NCBI GenBank assembly: GCA_907165135.1 | Contig: OU015566.1 | Location: 8,618,001 to 8,682,000 of the forward strand | Direction: 5' to 3' | Source: Oikopleura dioica | Taxonomy: Eukaryota > Animalia > Chordata | Length of the DNA: 64,000 bases | Shown: one piece after another, positions 58,861 through 64,000 of the stretch | Numbering within the stretch: position 1 is the first letter of the stretch | Layout: every line of letters starts with the position of its first letter | The notes under the pieces: generated by a model | Databases searched by the model: none | Told to the model about the DNA's origin: nothing | The model's input: the letters and a program-made list of their open reading frames with translations, nothing else | Translations under genes and position numbers: made by a program

Positions 58861-59858
58861 TTATGCAAGTTTGATGAGCTTGTTGGATTCTCTTTGAACA
58901 TCGGGAACAGAAACGCGACCTTTTTTACTGATCCACTCCGCGACAGATTGTAACTCGTCACTTTAAAGCTCATTAGTGCTAACTATTTTCACGGATGAAA
59001 CTCACAGTGTAATGAAAATGAATTTTCCTCTGTCGTCTAAAACGCCGGTGAGGTCTCCGCTTTCAAGCAGGGATTGAAGCTTCTTTACAGTCTCGGCATT
59101 TCGCATACCGAATTCTGAAGCAATTTGCTCAACGAAGCTGACCTTTTTCTCCTAAAAATAGTCAGTAAACAATCAAAGACGTGGATCAACCTTGATGTAA
59201 CTGATGAAAATCCTCTTTTCTTCGGCCTCTTGTTCCTCTGTTTTAGCGTCTTCTCCTTCTTCCTCGATTTCAAATTCGCATTTCATCGCTTCATATTCTT
59301 CTTGTTCCTTTTTTATCCTCTCTTCTTCGAGTCTGCGTTCTTCTTCCTCTCTTTCTTGCTCCAGTCGGTCTAAAATCGTCAGAAAGCGAAGCAAAGTGAA
59401 GGGTTACCTTCTTCTTCGAGCTTTTTCAAATGTTCAGCTCTTCGTTCCTCTTGGATTTCTTTGTTTTTCTTTCGCTCTTCTTCTTCGAATTTTCTTTGAG
59501 CAGCACGGGCCTCTTTTTCTTCAAGTTTTCGGGCTTTTTTCGTGCCAATTTTTTCAGATGTTTTTGCCTCTGCAACTCCTTCGCCATCGGAGTCATCAAA
59601 AGCGGCCTCATCATTTTCTTGAGCCTGAAGATAGGCATGAATAATTAGATAGTGCAAACGAAATCATACCCGATTTCTTCTGTTGAAATTCCTCCTGCGC
59701 CCTCCTGGGCCAGCCTGAGCAGGACCAGCTGGTCTGACACGAGGAGCTTGTTGAGCTTCTTGTTGGGCATCATCGCCTCCAGATTTCTTTAATAAAAATA
59801 TAAGCGCTCCCACAAGCACCGCTAAAATTGTATACAAATATATCGCGAAGTCTTCCAT
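58861..59858 (-). CDS. DDRGK1: DDRGK domain-containing protein 1 (UFBP1)
   Basis: N-terminal TM, KIGTKKARKLEEKEARAAQR, EEYEAMKCEFEIEEEG, and GDLTGVLDDRGKFIFIT...WISKKGRVSV. Confidence 0.95.
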
Positions 59859-60134
59859 TCTGAAGCAAGATCTATGTAAGCAAAACTGAAGAAGGGTTAA
59901 ATTAAAAGATTTAATCCAGTAACATGGGTATCTGCTTTGTTTGAGCAGTATCAAGACATTTATCCTTCACAGACTGATCAATTTCGACAGCGAAATGGAC
60001 GGCTTCAAGGCGCAAGCAGGCCTCAATAAGGGCTGTGTATCCATTTCTCCAGGCAAATTCAACGGTCTTTTTGGTGGTTTACAAGAAAAAAATTCTTACT
60101 TTGAAATTTTTTATATTTTTAGAACCTTTCCTTA

Positions 60135-62132
60135 TCAATAAGCATATTTTCAATCGGCGGTCGTCCTCGATCAAGCGCCAAAGAAAGAATAAACTCTCGC
60201 ATGGCTTTTTCGTGGTTACACTTCATTAAAATACTAAACGCAGCGGTGACAGTTTGCTGAACCTGGCTTCTTCTCAAATCATCTGGAAAGCAAGAAAGTT
60301 CAAAAGCTTATCTCCTCCAAAAATAATACCTATTCCATCGAGCTTTATGAACTCAATAATATATTCTAGTTCTTTCACAGCAACAACGATCAGCTGGCTC
60401 ACCAGGGCGTTATCAGTGCCTTCCTGATAGGAGCTAAAACAAACGTATGAGTCCAGAGGGTGGACAGAATGAAAGTACCTGATGTCTCCAACTTTGGAAT
60501 GCGCTGTATCAAGTGCATAATCCAGCAAACTTCTAGCCAGCTGTCTCGAATAGACTGAAAGGCCGTGGTAATCGAGCCACTGGTACAATCGCGCTGCCAA
60601 GCTAAAATTCTTATTCTGAATCGCCCAGTTGAGCACCGCAGCTTGCAATTCAGTCGGCTGAATCGGACTCGACGTAAATGCATCCCAAACTTCGGCCGGC
60701 TCAGATGCGAATTTCAACTCGATATCTTTCAAATCAAGAAAGACAGAGTAGAACTCGTCGCGGGGAAGAAATTGAGGATTGGTCATTATTAATTTTTGTA
60801 TGGAGATGGAAGCGTTTCGGAAATTAAGACGATCCAGGGCAGCGGCTTCGGCATCTTTTGTGAGTGAAACTTTTGCGGCCCGTTGCTTCAGATTTTTAAC
60901 TTAAAATTTGCTATTTATCGAAAGCGAGAAAATCAACCAACCTATATTACTAAATGCTTCGTAATCTTTATAGTCCGAGCTTGCTTCCAAAAAGCCCTCC
61001 TTTTCAAAATCCCATTCCATCATTTGCCTTGATAGGTGATTTCGATGAGTCTCATCGATAAGTCTGTAGTACTCAGAAAACGTAGCAGGGCTCATTTTAA
61101 AACCAAGATTTTCAAAGTTCTTCTGTATGTTTCTCGCAAATTTAGTATTGCCGACAACGTTCGTTGTACTCGTTTTCGTTCTCATGAATGCGTTGAGAAG
61201 TCGAACTGTTGGAAGCTTGGCGCTTTTGAAGAGTTTCTCAATCGCCCCATCGTCCATGTCGAATTTGAACTTGTTCGGAAAGCTGCTTCCGATTTTCTCA
61301 AAACTTGCGCGACCCAGTCTGCTTCATCGTCGGCTGATATCGTTGCACCGTTTCTGATAGCGGATAGATTGTCGAATCCGTCGGCGATGATTTCGCTCAA
61401 CTCGGAAAACTGCTCGTTTTGCTTCGCATTCTGAAGTGACCAGTTGATGAGAGACGCACGCAGCTTGAGAGGTGTATCAGCATTGCGAACCAATGCACGG
61501 CATGTTGCAAAGAGTTTTTCTTCGTGATCGGGCGAGTCTGGGGATTCCCAGAGAAGATTGAAAGCAGCAGCGATATCTCGGCCGGATCGATTTGGATTCT
61601 GGTAGCGAATCGACTCCGCGAGTCCATGTCGGTGGGGAATATGAAAGAGCCACTAAGAAAACTGTAAAAACATTCCAGCAAGCTTGAAACTACCTGTGAA
61701 AATCCATCGAAATCAAACTCAACGGCCTCCTCGACTGGGCTTTTAAAATACTGCGGCTGATTAAAATACGAATGATGCGCACCCCACTCTCCTTTGCTAG
61801 CGTCGTAGTCAAACTCTTGCTTCATGTTGCGAATGATATATTCAGCAGCTTTCACTCCGAGGTCTTTCTTTTGAAGATAAGTCGCTCGATCTTCTGGGCG
61901 AATCCATCTAGTTTCGGTGAAGTCCAGTCGCTGATCGTGCTGGACTCCTTGTGCCCAAGGGATGGGATATTCTGGACGAGGGACGGTATCACGAAGCGCA
62001 CGGACTACTTGTTCCTCGGACCAGGTCTTTCTCTAGAAAAGAAATTTGTTCAAGGAAGAAAAATCAACAAAACCAAACCTTTGGAATAGCGACACTAGCA
62101 GCTCTTCTTGATGAAGAACAAATCTTTCGCAT
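60135..62132 (-). CDS. PTCD3: Mitochondrial PPR protein mS39
   Basis: VAIPK|RKTWSEEQVVRALRDTV...ATYLQKKDLGVKAAEYII matches the PTCD3 N-terminus; helical repeats follow. 3' end approximate. Confidence 0.72.
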
Positions 62133-62302
62133 TTCTCTACTTGCGAGTTTGATCTGGCTCATCCCTTTTTTATAAACAATCGCCCTCAAAAAAGAATTAA
62201 TTTCTCGAAATGTAAATCGTCGCGCTACGCGATTGGCCAGATCGGGAAAGCGCGCAGCCAGCTATTTATTGAATTTCTCTTCACAATTTATGGGTCTTGA
62301 AA
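62133..62302. promoter_or_regulatory. Putative bidirectional promoter between PTCD3 and SGF29
   Basis: 170 bp between divergent start codons, containing a CG-rich patch and GATTGG (CCAAT reverse). Confidence 0.5.
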
Positions 62303-63889
62303 ATGTACAAACTAGAGAAGAGAATCAAATTGGAAGAAGGGGATGATATTGAAAGAGCCGATAAGAAGGTAAAATAAAGCCTTACGGAAGTTTGGATGGT
62401 TTTTCAATTACTCATCGAAATAATTCATTTTTCTTCAGATTGACGAGTTACATCGGACTCTTCACACATCAATCTGCCACATAAACTCTTTGCTGAACAT
62501 GTCAAAACTTGGACTGGCAGACCTTGCCGAAGCTCGCGAAGAATTCAAAGTGAATTTCGAAAAAGAAGGAACCGTTACAGCCCAAATGAAAGAAGATGTT
62601 GCGGAGAAAACTCAAATAAGCATTGAAGAAACTGAAGCTGAAATAACCGCAATCAGAAACGCACTCGATGTTATTCAGAACATAAGAGGTAATTTTGGTT
62701 TCTTGTTTGTTTATTTCCGGGCTATTTCTTTTGTTGAGAATATTGTAATTACATCCAAAAAGGTAGGTTCTCTATTTTTTATCAATATTTCTTGTTCTTC
62801 GTCTGCAGTATACGAGGGTTTGGAGTTGTCTTCTGGATAGCTTGATTCTTCATCTTTTCGATGACATCCAAGCCAGCACTCAGACTCGGGCGATAGGTCT
62901 TGTGCCCCTTTACATTTTCAAGTTTTCTTCCTGCTCGACGAGTTGGTCCTTTCATTTTTTCTATCTTGTCTTATTAATAACATGGGAAGGGTTCCGTTTT
63001 TATGCATGATTTTCCCAAAAAGATGGCGCTGTTCGCGTGCCCAGGTGTCCGCCGAAACTCGGTCGCGGCATCACTTTAGTTTGACCAGGTCTCACTGGCA
63101 CCATCTAACATTTTCATGTGATTATCTTTTTAAGCTCTTCAAGAAGAAAGAAAGCTTCTGAGCAACGAGCCAAGAAATACTCGCCGAGGAGTCCTAATGG
63201 CTCAACTTCAAGAAGCCGCTAAATGCACTCCTCTTTGGATCGGCGGACCAAACGATCAAAAACCTCCTCTCTGCGGGGCACTTCCACCTGCGCCCAAGCA
63301 CGAAATCGTTGTTGGATCTAAAGTTGCAGCAAAAGTCGACGGTGCCGGAGAAAACGAGCCGCCAAACTGGATTTTGGCCAAGTTCGTGAGTTACGATTCG
63401 AACAACATGTGTACGGTTGAAGATATTGACGCAGTCGATTTGTCCAAGGCAAAAATCTCATTGCACAAGAAAAAAGTTCTTCCATTGCCTCAATGGAGGG
63501 CGAATCCTGCCGAAGATGGCGACGCTCTTCACGCTGAGGGAAGTACAGTAATGGCTCTCTATCCGCAAACGACTTGTTTCTATAAAGGTAATTCGCATTT
63601 TCGAGAGAAATTTTCATTTCAATTTTCAGGCGTTGTTGCATCAATTCCAGAAGGCCCAAGCGACAACTACATCGTTCTTTTTGAAGACGCAACTTATCCA
63701 AATGGGATGAGTCCACCAATGCAAGTCGCTCAAAAATACATCCTCCCATTCAACGACAGTAAACCAACAGCATCTTCTTCCACCACCAGCAGCTCCAAAA
63801 AAGGAAGCTCGAAAGCAGGATCCAAGGCAGGGTCAAAGGCGAAAAGCAAGAAAGACATTGCCATGTCGAAGGGAAAACGAAAGCGCTAA
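62303..63889 (+). CDS. SGF29: SAGA-associated factor 29 (tandem Tudor)
   Basis: Coiled-coil N-terminus, then RRGVLMAQLQEAAKCTPLWIG...PPLCGALP...WILAKFVSY...LPLPQWRANP...ALYPQTTCFY...VLFEDATY...VAQKYI. Confidence 0.95.
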
Positions 63890-64000
63890 TTTTCACTGCT
63901 GCTCCTTCTCTTTACTGCCGATAGAGTATTTATTTAATAAATAATTATATGAATATTTATTCATTAATGAATAATATTCAAAAAATTTAAAGCATTAAAT

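Noticed and set aside
37973-59648. Many long ORFs in the track (e.g. 11083-11544, 37973-38170, 38378-38686, 59204-59644)
   Set aside because: They are antisense or alternate-frame shadows of low-complexity coding exons.
1-64000. tRNA, rRNA, SL RNA, CRISPR arrays or autonomous transposase/RT genes
   Set aside because: None recognisable by eye; a covariance-model scan would be needed to exclude small RNAs.

Overview
A compact, gene-dense animal genomic window of about 25 genes, most introns 40-50 nt. It is most likely from the larvacean tunicate Oikopleura (O. dioica-like). This is an inference from the tiny introns, frequent GA/GC/GG-AG donors, long co-directional gene runs with very short spacers and an AG acceptor just before many start codons. 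Recognisable genes: GLS (5' truncated), claudin-like, POLR3A (with a nested antisense orphan gene), coiled-coil/RING, chromodomain-ZnF, RPS29, a double-domain PC4/SUB1, PIM-like kinase, TOR1AIP-like, TMEM41B, Ly6/mucin-like, BOD1L-like, SRD5A3, a PWI-BAG fusion, XPO6, CRCP, IMMP1L-like, LisH-C2H2, GFRalpha-like, DDRGK1, PTCD3 and SGF29. There are also four MITEs and an ~11 kb gene-poor interval. Main observation: all ten non-GT-donor introns I could place (most by protein homology, by eye) have complementary sequence at their two ends. The 5' arm starts at intron nt +2 to +6 and the 3' arm ends 4-10 nt before the intron's end. Some arms are only 4-6 bp and no null model was computed. This suggests a structure-assisted splicing rule, or fossil TIRs of intron-generating elements. 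Gene models were built manually, without database searches, and some ends are approximate.
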